From Eledone cirrhosa (taxonomy: Eukaryota), in NCBI GenBank assembly GCA_964016885.1, contig OZ024743.1:146692001-146756000 (forward strand): a stretch of 64,000 nucleotides of DNA, read 5' to 3'. Both the position numbers and the translations under genes were made by a program. Of this stretch, positions 48,466-62,328 are shown piece by piece (within the stretch, counting starts at the first letter, position 1; the number at the start of each line of letters is the position of its first letter). The notes beneath the pieces were generated by a model that did not search any database, was not told the DNA's origin, and worked only from the letters and a program-made list of their open reading frames with translations.

Positions 48466-49198
48466 AATTTTTACTACAATTATTTTCATCATTGTTTTTA
48501 TTTTCATCACCATTATTATTATCTTTATATTTATATAGTTTTTTTTTATCAACTTCAATATTGTATTTTTTCATTACAATTTTTTTAAAGAAAGAAAAGC
48601 TTTGGCAAGTAACGTGCATTTGCCACCCAACATCACTGCATGTGACTTGAACAATGAATGCAAGCAACTCTTGCAACATATGTTAGATTTTATTGCAATC
48701 TAGATTATGTATGTGTACAGTGATTGATCACATGGAACATTCTTGGTGTGAGGGGCAATTTGCAGGAGTAGAAAGAGTTATGACATGTTTGCATACCTGA
48801 TATGGATTGTTGAACACCTGCTGAGAAGAAACATTTTTGTTTACTTGTTCATTTAGGTTGAATATATCATCATCCTCATTATATCTGCCTCATCCCTCTT
48901 ATCATCATCATCATCGTTATCATCTTCCTCCTCCTTACCACCACCACAACCATCACCACCACTTCCACTACCATTATCATCAACATCATCGTCATCATTG
49001 TCATCATTGTTGACACCATCATCATTGCCATGTCACCGATTGCCATGTTAACGATGATGATAATTACAAGGTCATATATTCCTTGCAAAGTATTAATGCT
49101 ACATATCATTTCGGTTCATTTTGCTCCTTATGAAAATGGGGGAAGTTGTAGCTGCATGCTTATCTCTAATATATACATATACAAATACATACATGTAA

Positions 49199-49289
<91 letters not shown>

Positions 49290-49312
49290 TATATACAAAT
49301 ACATACATATAA

Positions 49313-49370
<58 letters not shown>

Positions 49371-49381
49371 TATATATATAT

Positions 49382-49412
<31 letters not shown>

Positions 49413-49444
49413 GTGTGTGTGTATGTATGTATGTATATATACCT

Positions 49445-49499
<55 letters not shown>

Positions 49500-49551
49500 G
49501 ATATAAAATACACACACACATTCATATATATATATATAGAGAGAGAGAGAT

Positions 49552-49635
<84 letters not shown>

Positions 49636-51065
49636 GTGGCGTCAGAGAGATAAACAGACAGAAAAAGAGACAATGTGGGGACTGAAGAAGAGATGTAAAA
49701 TATTGTGCGATATACAAAACGTAAGCCAAGCTGACAGATTGTATAAAGTGACCCTTGCAAGAAATTATGTAAAAATGTTAACCATAGTTTAATTGTGTAA
49801 GACAGGAAAAAAAGGGGTTGGTGTTTCAGAGAAGGGGAGAACAACATTCTCTCACAACTGAGTCTATTCATCATTCATCTTCATAGTTTCTTTATATATT
49901 TATTCACTTCTTATTTAATATTGTTATTTGATTTTTAATTTATTTTCATTTAAATTTTTAGGTATTCATTTGTTTACTTATTTATTGAATGGCTGAGGGT
50001 GGAGGGTGGTGGGTTGGTGGAAAGTAAAGGAGAATTGAAACAGTTTTGTGTGACCCTCTCTGTGTGAATATGTACATGTATGTGCATTTGTTTAAGTGTG
50101 TGATTTTGTTTGTATGTGTGTATATGTTTCTAAATGTTATTTTATTTTGTTTTCTTGAGTGACAACGACATGCACATGCATGTTATGTATACAGATATGC
50201 ATTTATGCTCATGCATACTTATATACAAAAATACATGCACACCCATATATCTATTCATGCACAAGCACACACGCAAACAGACACATGTGCACACACACAT
50301 GCAAACACACATATTCTTATTCACATACATACACATAGACTTACTTATACAAACATCAACATGCACACATACAGAGTTCACCCACATATATATATATATA
50401 TATATACAAGCATACACAGACACATCATTATCATAATCAGCATTTTCATCATCATTTTAACAGCCCTTTTTCCAAGGCTTCCATGTGTTAAAAGAAACAC
50501 ATTCACACATGCATCATCATCATCATTTTAATGACAATTTTCTAAGGTTCATGTGTGTTGAATGACATACACATTCATATGCTTATATGCATACAGATAC
50601 ATACATATATCATTTTCATGACCATTATCAATATCCTCCTCTTCATCACCAACAACATCATTTTAAGAGCCATTTTTCCAAAGACACTGATATACATAAA
50701 TACATACATACATGGTGGCTGCCAACTCGTTTTCGAGTACGGCCACTACTTTATATCCATGTAGGAGAACCCCTACCGATGCGCTAAACAAGTGTGACTT
50801 TTTAGTCCAGCCATCGACTTGAAAACTCTGGTACAAACACTACACTTGTGACAATTATTGACACATAGTGCTGGGCTCATGTTACCATATGACGACAAGT
50901 GCAGAGAGATCTCCAGATATAAAGCAATGCCTGTGCCGTGAAGCTTTTATAGTGAGCAAAGCCAGTCCCACTCTCTTAACCAAGATGATATTTACCAAAA
51001 AGAAGAACATGACAACATCATTGGATACCATAATTGGATACATAAATACATACATACATACATTC

Positions 51066-51103
<38 letters not shown>

Positions 51104-51159
51104 CAAGTAAGAATATTTTCGAAACAGTGAGTTGATTTGAAATTATTAGAAATGTTAGT

Positions 51160-51367
51160 TATCTCCGTATTTTGACTAAAGAAATTAAAAAAATTATTTA
51201 GCCTGATAGTGGGGTTAAGAACCCTCGGAGAAATGGAAAAAGATGAGTATTGACGTACATGGGAGTCGAACCCACATCTTTGGTTATCTGGACCACTGTG
51301 CTACCATTTACACCAACACGTATTGGTGTAAATGGTAGCACAGTGGTCCGGATAACCAAAGATGTGG
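51160..51367 (-). mobile_element. Element with a tRNA-like head and a 45-bp inverted duplication of that head
   Basis: Minus strand reads ttggtgtaaatggtagcac..ggttcgactcc. Arms 51272-51316 and 51323-51367 have one mismatch. Confidence 0.65.
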
Positions 51368-51519
51368 ATAAATGGCATATATATAGGTAGGTAAGAGAGG
51401 GAATGTGAGTGATGTGTTATGTATTAGTTGGGTAATGCTGCTCGTTTGATTGTTATTAAAACCATGACCATTCTATCTTTTATTTCTGATATATGTATAT
51501 ATATATATATATATATTTT

Positions 51520-51633
51520 TTTTTTTCCGTCCACTTTTCCCTGCTTGCAAGGGTGGGATGAGAACTGATGCTAGCTTGATTTCTACAGCTGGATGCCCTT
51601 CCTAACACCAACCTCATTTACAGTGAGTGCTGG

Positions 51634-51640
<7 letters not shown>
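51520..51640 (-). mobile_element. 3' half of the RTE-tailed SINE
   Basis: Reverse complement of 1625-1740 (cacccagcactcactgtaaatg..ggtgttaggaagggcatccagctgtag..cccacccttgcaagcaggg). Confidence 0.8.
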
Positions 51641-51693
<53 letters not shown>

Positions 51694-51697
<4 letters not shown>

Positions 51698-51867
51698 GCT
51701 TTCACCGTATTTTTGACTAAAGAAATTTTAGTCTGATAATGGGGTTTAGAACCCTCAGATAAATGGAAAAAGTTGAGTATTGATGTACTCATCTTTTTCC
51801 ATCTGGGGGTTCTAAACCCCATTATCAGACTAAAATTTCTTTAGTCAAAAATACGGTGAAAGCTATT
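51694..51867. repeat. Inverted repeat with 67-bp arms plus an inner stem, related to 51160-51260
   Basis: Arms 51694-51760 and 51801-51867; inner ggaaaaagttgagta/tactcatctttttcc. Confidence 0.9.
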
Positions 51868-52349
51868 CTATTTTCTAATTTCAAACCTGCTCACTGTTTC
51901 AAAACATACTTACTTGTCATATATATATATATATGTTTCTCTCTCTATATATATATACGTATATATAAATATATATGTCTATATATATATAAAAATATAT
52001 GTATATATATATGTGTGTGTGTGTATATATATACACACATATATATACATACAACATATATATATATATATATACATAAATATATATATATATGTATATA
52101 TAAATATGTATATATACATATACATATATATATGTATATATATATATATGTATCAGTTACCCCCTGACACAACTCTGTAATTTACATATTATACATATAT
52201 ATATATATACATATATATGTATATATATATATATACACCTCACCACCACACCCTACACCACCCTCTCTATCCTGTTCCGTCCACTGTGTTGATGACACAA
52301 CAGTCGTCCACAGTGTAAGGTGAGTGTGTAGGAGACACAGTGAAAAGGC

Positions 52350-52530
52350 TCCCAGTCCACGCTGTAAATGTGGTTGGTGTTAGGAAGGGCATCCAGCTGT
52401 AAAAAACCTGCCAGAGACCTGCCGTGCGAGTGAGACATGGTCTCCTGACCATTCCCACATCAAATGGAACAAAACCGTCTAACCCATGCTAGCGTGGAAG
52501 ATGGACGTTAAACGATGATGATGATGACGT
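52350..52530 (+). mobile_element. RTE-tailed SINE 3' portion (variant tail)
   Basis: ggtgttaggaagggcatccagctgtaaaa...aacccatgctagcgtggaagatggacgttaaacgatgatgatg. A similar copy lies at 63690-63965. Confidence 0.7.
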
Positions 52531-55500
52531 ACATAAGTGTGTCTTTTAGTGATTGTATATGCAAAAGATGAAAAATGTAAAGATTTGTGAGAACATTGGT
52601 GCTTTTGAATCAAGTTATGTGAGATATTTATTCTGCACTGAGTTACAGACACAGCCTTGTTACTTTTTCTAAGAGAGATGCAGTGAACCAGTAATTGATT
52701 CATTAGAAACCTTCAACCAAGACATGGTCGTTTGACCTGCTAGAAATGTCAGTCAAATCTCCCTCAAATTATACTTTGTTGTCTGAAAATATAAGGAAGG
52801 ATTAGATGCTCATATCTGAAATAACTTTTACAGGTCTGCTGACCTAGGGCTAAACAACAACAACATAAACGTACTCTTACTACTGAATCATCTCAATTGG
52901 TCTATGCTCTGAAAATATTGCCCTCACTCTTCCTTTATGGCTGGTTAGCATCCATCTGTAACATGATTCACACAAAGCAGAAAGAATTCAACTCATGCTT
53001 GAAGAAAAACAGATGTAAAACCATTTAGAATTGGTAAAAATTGCATTTGAGTAGCTTACCAGTTTCCTCCTCATCTGACATTTCCTACCTCCCAGACACA
53101 ATACTAAACACTTTGCCTAATTCTTCTTTGTGTTCCTTTTTTATTAAATTCCATCACTCTCATGTTCAAACTGAATTATATTTTGAGTTTTCTCGCGATT
53201 CTCTCGTTCTGAATAAATCATTAAACAAATGGTTAATCAAACTTGTTTTCTGCTCACCATGGATGTAATTTCGATTAATTAAAATTTTGTTGGATTAGGA
53301 CTGATTTAAATATTAATTTGTCATACAGGACATTGTGTTCCACAACAGCTAGTATTTTTTTAAAGTTCATTTAATAACCCTTGTATATCTCATAGTTTGG
53401 GGAGTACTGGAAAAATCAATGCATTACTGATAGGATCATATAACAACCAAAACATGTCTGGGGTTGTTTCTGTGCTTTGTACTGCGTTACACACATTCTG
53501 TAAAGTAATCTAAATTGTAAGTTGCATCCCTTACCTTTCTACACCAAAATTAACTATTAAGCGTTGTTTCTTCTGGTTTTGGGTGTAGTAGAAATTATCT
53601 AAAATTTCTTCACTCATTATACCAAGCATGTTAGAATGAATGTAACTAGTTTTTCATACAGAAGGTATCTCTACAAATTTCTTTCAGTTATTCTTGTAAA
53701 TTGATCATATTAGCCTAATCAAACTGTCCTTATCTTTCAGGGCAAAGTTGTACATTGTTTGGCTCCAAGTTAGTCCTGATAAAACAGGCCGATAATAAAA
53801 ATATTTCAGTCATAAACATCCTGTCTTTCTCTACACCAAGGACTACAATATCCATATTAAGTTGTTAAAGTATGATTTGAAGGATATTTGGTTGCTAGTA
53901 GTTTCCATAACTATGTAGAGGGTCCTCTCATTTGAAATGGTGTAGGTACTGTTTCTCATCTTCGGACTAAACTATAATAATAAACAATAAAGGAACTTTT
54001 CTCAATTAGACATCTGTAACAATTGCAAACTTAAACAACATTTTTACTACTAGTTAATCATAAGATAAGGCGATCACGGGCCACTACCAACTAGTGAGAT
54101 TGGAGCAAACAATACCCACTCCAAACATCTGTTAGTCAGTGGCTGCAGGAAAACTGTACATGGAGAGGAAATTGTGGATCTGGTGTAAATGCTTACAATA
54201 TTGTGAACTATACTAAAGAACTTAAGAATCAGGTGTTGTTAAACCATATGCCATGTTAAATCTTAAGTCTCAAACTGGTCATCTATAGAAAACATGCAAC
54301 TAAGATTTCCTTCACTACCTGGATATCTCATTCCATGAACTGTTTCATCTATCCCACGATTGAGAATAATCTGTACTAATAATGTATCACAGATAAGAGG
54401 GATTTTTCTTCTTCATTGAATAAAACATATCCAATTTTATAATTTCAGTATAGCTCTTGCTTGAACCTACATTATCTAACTTCCAATATCTAAGACAACT
54501 AACGTTTAGCTGTGATTTCATTGATTACAAATGTTGTGCACTCTGTTCAAGCCTAACTATGGTATAGTGTTGCCCCATCAACCTTTTAAGAATACCTTCT
54601 AAGATTTGCACTTTGAAAATACCGAGCTTTAATCTGTGCAGGGATAAGACTACACAAAAGTCATGCTGAATTATCACCATCATCATCATCATCATCATCA
54701 TCAGTGTTTAACATCCATTCTCCTTGCTAGCAAGAATTAGATGTGCTGTCACAGACTGGTCAGTACTCTGATCTCCAGATGAGCTGGAGATCTAGCATAC
54801 ATACCAGCACTCTACTGAGTGCATTTTATTGAGGTACTAAAGAAGTTGTCATGTCTTTGATATAGCTGAAGAATCTTCCCGACCTTTTGTTTGGCAGGTT
54901 TTATACAGCTAGATGCCCTTCCTATCACTAATCACTTTATAGAGTGTACTTGGTATGTTTATCATGCATGTCATTAAGGAAGTTTTCATGTCTGTGGTCC
55001 TTCTGACTCTGTTTGGTAAGTTTTTAATGACTATCATTAACTACTTTACATGTGTTTATTGAGTAGACCCCCTGAAATCTTTGCTGCTTTTGTAAAAGTC
55101 AAATCACTTGTGGCGATCACAATACTAAATTAAGCTAAGTGGACTTGATCAATGCCATATAGTTTCAATTCCTTTGAATTTCAATTTTGAGCCTTATTTG
55201 GCTGTTTATGTTGTATTTATGTTGTATTTATTCTAGTATGTTTGTGTATTTTAAGCTTGTTCAGATTGTGTGGATGGGAAATATATTTTTAAAGAAATGA
55301 TACAAAGATCAGTTGAGAATATAAAGTGATGCTTGTAACAGCATATTTTTTTAGAATCAAACTAGGACAATAAAAGAAATAAATGAATAAACGAATAAAA
55401 ATAAATAGCTGAATAAATAATATGGCAGAGAGATTTTGCTTGTTGTTTATAAAATTGTTATGACAATAAACTAAAAAAGAAATCTAGATGAAAACTTAAG

Positions 55501-56038
55501 TAACTAACGAGTTTGGAAAGTTCGTATAGCAATTTTCATTTATGATATTCATCATGTTACTCTATGAACGGTTTGTTCGATATTTCACAAGACATTCTGG
55601 ATTCTTTCCTTTCACATTTTTCAAACTTAAAAAAAGCGATGCAAAATGAGAAACAGAAAAAGAGAAATATTTGAGAAATTTCTCTTGGTTTTTGGAAAAA
55701 TAAACTAAAAAAAAAATCAGTGTGCATGTGTATATATACATGTTACTACACATGTACACATGCAAGATTACATGTAAATATACATAGAGGACAAGGAAGA
55801 ACCAATAGTCAATATTTCTGAAAATCAAGAAAATACATGTAGGACATAAATATATGTAATTATATATACATACACGTGTGCACACATAAACACAAACATA
55901 TCTGCATACACATATATGTATACACACACACACACTTATATATATATGTATGTAAAAGGTAAACAGAAATAACAACACAATCGGTACAGTATATGGAAGG
56001 GAGATATTAGGTTAACGCTTGATATAGCAGGAAGAGGG

Positions 56039-56074
56039 TCTTAACGTTTCGGACGCTAGTCCTTCATCAGAAGA
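56039..56074 (-). ncRNA. Candidate minimal hammerhead ribozyme (Penelope pLTR type)
   Basis: Minus strand reads tctt-CTGATGA-a ggac tagc gtcc-GAAA-cg-TT-aaga, with palindromic aacgtt at stem III. Confidence 0.55.
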
Positions 56075-56157
56075 AAGAATGACAAAATAAGATAGATTGA
56101 GGGGACGGGCGGGCTGGAATTGGAAAAAATGTCTTCAGATAAAAATAACATATATAT

Positions 56158-57510
56158 ATGGGAAGAGTACAACAGATGCCCTCTTCTTGGTGAGACAATT
56201 GCAAGAGAGGTTCTTAGAGAAAAATAAGCCACTATACTTAGCCTTTGTTGACCTAGAGAAGGCCTTTGATAGGGTACCCCGATCTGTCATCTGGTGGTCC
56301 CTAAGGAAGCTAGGTGTTGAGGACAGTGCAAACTTTGTACAGAGGTACTCTCAGTAAAGTCAGGGTAGGAATGGAGTTTAGTGAGGAATTCCAGATACAA
56401 GTAGGAGTACATCAAGGTTCGGTCCTCAGCCCGCTCTTGTTCATTATAGTCCTCCAAGCCATAACAGAGGAGTTTAAGACTGGTTGTCCATGGGAAGTTC
56501 TCTATGCTGACGATCTGGTTCTTATAGCAGAATCAGTAGAGGAGCTAGAGAATAAATTCTGGCTATGGAAACAGCAGTTGGAAGCAAGAGGACTGAGAGT
56601 GAACCTAGCTAAGACAAAAGTGTTGATGAGTAGAAAAGAGGACAAAACCCTGATTCCGTCAGGGAAATGACCATGTTCGATATGCAGAAAAGGAACTGGC
56701 ATAAATTCTATAAAATGCACACAATGCAGATCCTGGGTACACAAGAGATGTAGCGGGATAGCAGGCAAACTAACAGGTAGGGAGAAATACGTATGCAGTA
56801 GATGTACAGGGAAATTAGACAGTAGAAGTCGCATTGATAGACACATTTTTCAGATGCAGGAGGGCGCTATAGAAGTGGTGGATAGCTTCCGGTACCTAGG
56901 AGATCAGATTAGCATGGGAGGAGGGTGTTCCGAGGCCATAGTATCTAGAATAAGGACGGGTTGGAAGAAGTTTAGGTAGTTGCTTCCTCTGTTGATGAAG
57001 AAGGGTTTCTCCCTGCGTACAAAAGGCCGGTTGTATGATGCCTGTGTGAGGAGCGCGATGTTGCATGGTAGTGAGACATGGGCAGTAACTGCAGAGGATA
57101 TGCGACGGCTGGAGAGAAATGAGGCAAGCATGCTCCGTTGGATGTGCAGTGTCAATGTGCGTGAACGACCCAGCATAAATGTGTTGAGAGAGAAACTGTG
57201 TCTGAGAGGGATAGAATGTAGTGTACGGGAGAGGAGACTGAGGTGGTATGGACATGTGATGCGCATGGAGGATGACCGATGGGTGAAGAAGTGCCAGGAA
57301 ATGCCAGTTGAAGGAAGACGTGGTAGAGGTAGACCATGAAAAACATGGGCGGAGGTGGTGAGAACAGACCTCAGATCATTGAAGCTCATGGTGGAGATGA
57401 CGAAGGACCGTGACGATTGGAGAGATGCTGTGCTGAATAAGACCCATCCCACCCTTGCAAGCAGGGAAAAGCGGACGTAAAATGATGATGATAATGATGA
57501 TGATGATGAC
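56158..57510 (+). pseudogene. 5'-truncated RTE-clade LINE with a PHD finger inside the RT region and an (ATG)n tail
   Basis: STTDA, FVDLEKAFDRV, GVHQGSVLSPLLF, LYADD, C4HC3 at 56674-56805, FRYLGD, HGSETW and RLRWYGHVMR. A few stops and frameshifts. Confidence 0.93.
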
Positions 57511-58549
57511 GATATATAGCATATATACCTATACATTATTGAGTGAACTTGTGTGTGTGTGTGTGTGCATGCACACTCACACACAAATGTACACCTACAC
57601 ACGTGTCAATTTCACCTCGAGCTGTTAACCTCCTGCACTGATCAGCATGCACACATGCTTATATGCTGACACAAACAGTTATACATATGTAATAATTCCT
57701 CATAACACTTCATAAGGACAGGTGGTGGTATAATAATTACCATTCATTTAGGAGAATAGACAAGTGTCGGAGCACAGAACTATCTGAGTTTATGTGGAGG
57801 TTTAACCCTTTAGCATTTAAACCGGCTGTAATCTGGTCAGAATTTTCTTACCTCTTTCTGTTCAAACCGGCCATAACCAGCCACACATACCAATGTTAAG
57901 GTATTTTTTTTCAAAATAAATAATATCAAAATCTCATAGATTCAATATTATGTGTGATAATTGTGTAAGGTAATGCCTTTACCATGAAAATACAATTGTA
58001 AGTATAGAGTAATGTAAATGCAGGTAACTGCAGAGTAATGTAAGCAGGATAGAATACAACATTCTTTATTGTGGTCAATGCTTAAAACCACACACTTGTG
58101 CGAGAGAGGATCCTTATGGCTGTGTAAATTATAGAGGTTGGGCGCCACATAATAAATAAATGCTCCAATTTTTTAAACACACGTAGACACAAAATATCTA
58201 AAACCTTCCGAAAAGTCTTTAGTTAACTTATAGTCTATAACTTGTACCTTTTGAACCCCTGCCTACACCACATCAATGTGTAAATGACCCAAATATTATA
58301 TCACTTTGCAAACACATAAACCTTCTTTGGTTTTGCCACTGGTGATCAGACAATGCAATAAATACAGCAACTTCAAAACTGGTATCTTCCAAACAGTATG
58401 GTAACATAGGAAAAAACAATACACCCTAGCAGAAAACAAACATAATTTTGTCTACGATCTATTAACTGCATGGTCAATTAATTAACACTTTTTGTTTTTA
58501 TTTCTTCAATGTTTTTGGGAAAAAAAGTTTCTTCCACAGTTCTTTCAGT

Positions 58550-58822
58550 TTCAACTTCCTCTCTTCAATATTTTAATATCTCACTGTTCTATTTTTGCAC
58601 TTTTATTGAATTTACTGTTTTGAATGTTCACACACACAGCATCCATCTCAACATCTCACACACATTTCCTTGTTCTTTGTACATCTCAAAATTCTTTTTT
58701 TGTTTCAACTTCTTCTCTTCAATGTTTTATTATCTCACTGTTCTATTTTTATACTTATTGGATTTACTGTTTTAAATGTTTACACACACATAACATTCAT
58801 CTCAGTATCTTACACACATTTA
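58550..58822 (+). repeat. Imperfect tandem duplication (about 153-bp period)
   Basis: tttcaacttc..tctcttcaat..tatctcactgttctattttt..tttactgtttt occurs at about 58550 and 58703. Confidence 0.8.
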
Positions 58823-59615
58823 CCCACAAACACAGAATTAATTTATCTGTTTTAGCTACTTTCCAACCTCGTATACCTGTGTGGCCCATACATCCCTTTT
58901 ATATGCCCATCCTATGGGAAATTTAACATTGATGGTTGGTTAAAAAAAAATATCACCATTTAGATCTAAATCTAAATTATTTTAAGGGCATGTGCCAAGT
59001 GACCAGGAGACTTGCATGGTTAAAGGATTTCCTAACATCCTATCAGCCTTTGTTCTCCCATTCCTCACCATCCCCTCCTCATTCTAGGAGAGCTAACTTG
59101 TATCTCCTATTTCCCCATCCCCCCTCTATCAATATACCTCCGTGTATGGGGCCCAAGTGTACATACATGTGCGCGTGGGAGCGTAGGAGTTGTGTTAGCA
59201 TGTATGTGCTTGCAGGTAATCTGTAGGGATCAAAACTGCCAAAGTCTACTTCAATGGCCAATGACACTGGAGTTCTGTGTCATTTGTTTGTATTTTTATT
59301 TAAAAAAAAACAAAAACTTTTTAAGGTTCCTCTTAAAAAATTGATTTTTGTTTTCGTTCATTGTCTTGTCCTCTCTGTTAATTTTCCTAAGTTTATTATT
59401 AAAATCTGTGATGCATGTCTTATCTCTTCTTCCCCCTTTATTTAAATGGTTTATGTTTTTAATATGACATCTTACTTTCTTCTTGCTTTTTCTCTTCCTT
59501 TTCTTCTTTTGTTTTTGATTCCTGAGACTTTCGCGCTATAAGAAGCATCACATCTTTTCCTGATGTCACATAATTTCTATGTGTACTTGTTATAGCTTAA
59601 TTGCTATAAATTAAT

Positions 59616-59803
59616 TGTTTCTATTTTAGGCACAAGGCCAGCAATTACCCAGTACATTACTGGTACTTTATTTTACCGACCCCGTAAGGATGAAAGGCAA
59701 AGTTAACCTCGGCGGGATTTGAACTCAGATCATAAAGGGACGTAACTCTATGCTTCAAAGCATGGTGTCCGACTCTCTACCGATACTGCCAATCCACCGC
59801 CCT
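59616..59803 (-). mobile_element. Full-length ATT-tailed tRNA-SINE
   Basis: 19-bp TSD ttaattgctataaattaat at 59597-59615 and 59808-59826. Confidence 0.92.
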
Positions 59804-60464
59804 TGAATTAATTGCTATAAATTAATGTTTTGTTTTCTGTCTCTTACTCAAATGGACAGCGTTTGGCTCATATTAAACGCTGTGGCCCTAGGTGAACCAG
59901 CAGTACCATTGGTATGGGTTGAAACTGCCAAAGGCCACCTCAACGGCCGATGACCCTGGAGTTCTGTGTCTTTTGTTTGTATTTTTAATTTAAAAAAAAA
60001 CAATTATTTAAGGGGAACCTTAAAAAATTGTTTTTCATTTTGCCTTGTTTTCATTTGTTGTCTTATCTTCTCTGTTAATTTTCCTAAGTATATACATATA
60101 TTTCAAATCACCCAGCACTGTAATAATTCATAAGATTTGTTTACTTCCAGCTTCTGCTGCAAGCTGTTTATTATGGTACCGTAATTCAGGCAGTCTGGTG
60201 AATCAGCTGTCCCTTAGTTTAACAAGCCTGCAGGATATTTGAAAGATACAGAGTTTGATTTTCTTTTGTGGCCACTGGATACTTTTTCTATTATTTAGAT
60301 CAACTGTTGTTCCAAATTTTCTGCATTTGGGATTCCCACATTTTCAAATTTCAAATCGCCCAGCTGTTCAATAATTTCTAATATATATATATAGGGTGTC
60401 ACATATTTATTAGAATACTGTTGAAGTGTGTATACATTTTTGGGGGACATCTGTATATATATAC

Positions 60465-60595
<131 letters not shown>

Positions 60596-61134
60596 ACATA
60601 CACAGACATGCAAATGTCTTTGAATATTTAAGTTTCAGCATGCAGAAAAACAGATGTATCTTATAATTTTTTGTTAGGTAGTGTATACTGGGAGGTGTAT
60701 GTCTAGAATTGTGTGGTGTTTTATCATTCTCAATATCCATAATGAAGAAATAAGTTTTGAAAAATTTTTCTTAACAAAATACAGTCTAACAAAAAATAGG
60801 AAATGAAATTACTTTTCATCTAGATAGAGGGGTTGGGGCATGTTGAATGAATTCCATTTTGATTTCGACTGACTCATGCTGTCTTTTATATTTCAACATG
60901 ACTAATAGAGTTAATATCATGCCCACACATATAGACATTTGCATACACACACACACACACACAGACATATTTATATAATGTTCATCCACACACACACACA
61001 CATATATATATATTATGCTCATTCACCACACATATGCACAGGCATCGTGCATGACAGAGAAACATACATACAAATGCAGTACTGGGTCCCTGAAAAAAAT
61101 AAAAAGTGAAAGAATTTAAAAATAATAATAGTGA

Positions 61135-61196
<62 letters not shown>

Positions 61197-61790
61197 ATAA
61201 TAATAATAATAATTGTTTCTACTTTAGGCACAAGGCCAGCAATTACCCAGTGCATTACTGGTACTTTATTTTATCGACCCCATAAGGATGAAAGGCAAAG
61301 TCAACCTCGGCGGGATTTGAACTACTACTACTACTACTAATAATAATAATAATGGTAATTTAGGCACAAGGCCAGCAATTTGGGGAGAGAAGAAATCAAT
61401 TAAATTGACCCCAGTACTTTACTGGCAATTTATCTTATTGACCACTGAAGGATCAATCTGAACATGATCTTGGGAGTAATCTTTACTCAAAACATAAATA
61501 GCAGGAACAAATACTGCAAAACATTTTGTCAGGTACTCTAATGCTTCTGTCAATCCAATAATAATTACTAGCAAAAGTTCAGCAATTTGGGGTGAAAGGT
61601 CAAGCTATTAAATCAATCATTGTACTCAACTTGTATTTTAATGACTCTGAAAGCCAAAGGACTTTGAAAGCCAAAGAAATGTTGAAAGCCAAAGTTGACC
61701 TCTGCAAGATTTAAACTTGGAACAAAAAAGGGCCATAACTAAATACAGTAAAGTATTTTGTTCAATGCTGTAATAATTCTGCTAAATATT
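61197..61790 (-). mobile_element. Cluster of three ATT-tailed SINE copies (one young and truncated, two old) in (ACT)n/(AAT)n
   Basis: aataattgtttctactttaggcacaaggccagc...cggcgggatttga, then two diverged units each preceded by AAT repeats. Confidence 0.75.
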
Positions 61791-62215
61791 GATTAAAAAC
61801 AATATGATGATGGCAATGATGATTATAATGATGGAGATGATAGTGGCAGTTGCACCACGACCACCACCACTACCACCACCACAACAACAACTAATACTGT
61901 TACTAATATGCAAAAAAACAACAACACTAAGAAAACAATAAAGAAATAAGTAATTTTAAAATTACTTTGTCTTTATCATTTATTAACTAATAATCACAAC
62001 GTCTGTGGAAATACAACTACAACCACAATATGACAGGAGGAAGAATGTGTGAATTTTCTCTTAGTTTATTGGTCGTTTTCTCATTCTTCACACTTTCCTG
62101 ATTTTATTCTTTGTTTGTTTTGTTTTTTTATTAAAAAGTGAATCAATTTGTTTGTTGCATGGAGGACGTATATGAATAAATACATTTAATTAAAATCAGA
62201 AAATTTATATGAATA

Positions 62216-62328
<113 letters not shown>

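Noticed and set aside
50715-51030. CLCREAFIVSKASPTL, weakly like a Penelope GIY-YIG C-terminus
   Set aside because: Too short and degenerate to call without a profile search.
51250-51322. Possible functional tRNA gene
   Set aside because: A/B boxes are present, but the anticodon arm is not canonical and the sequence is embedded in a repeated, inverted element.
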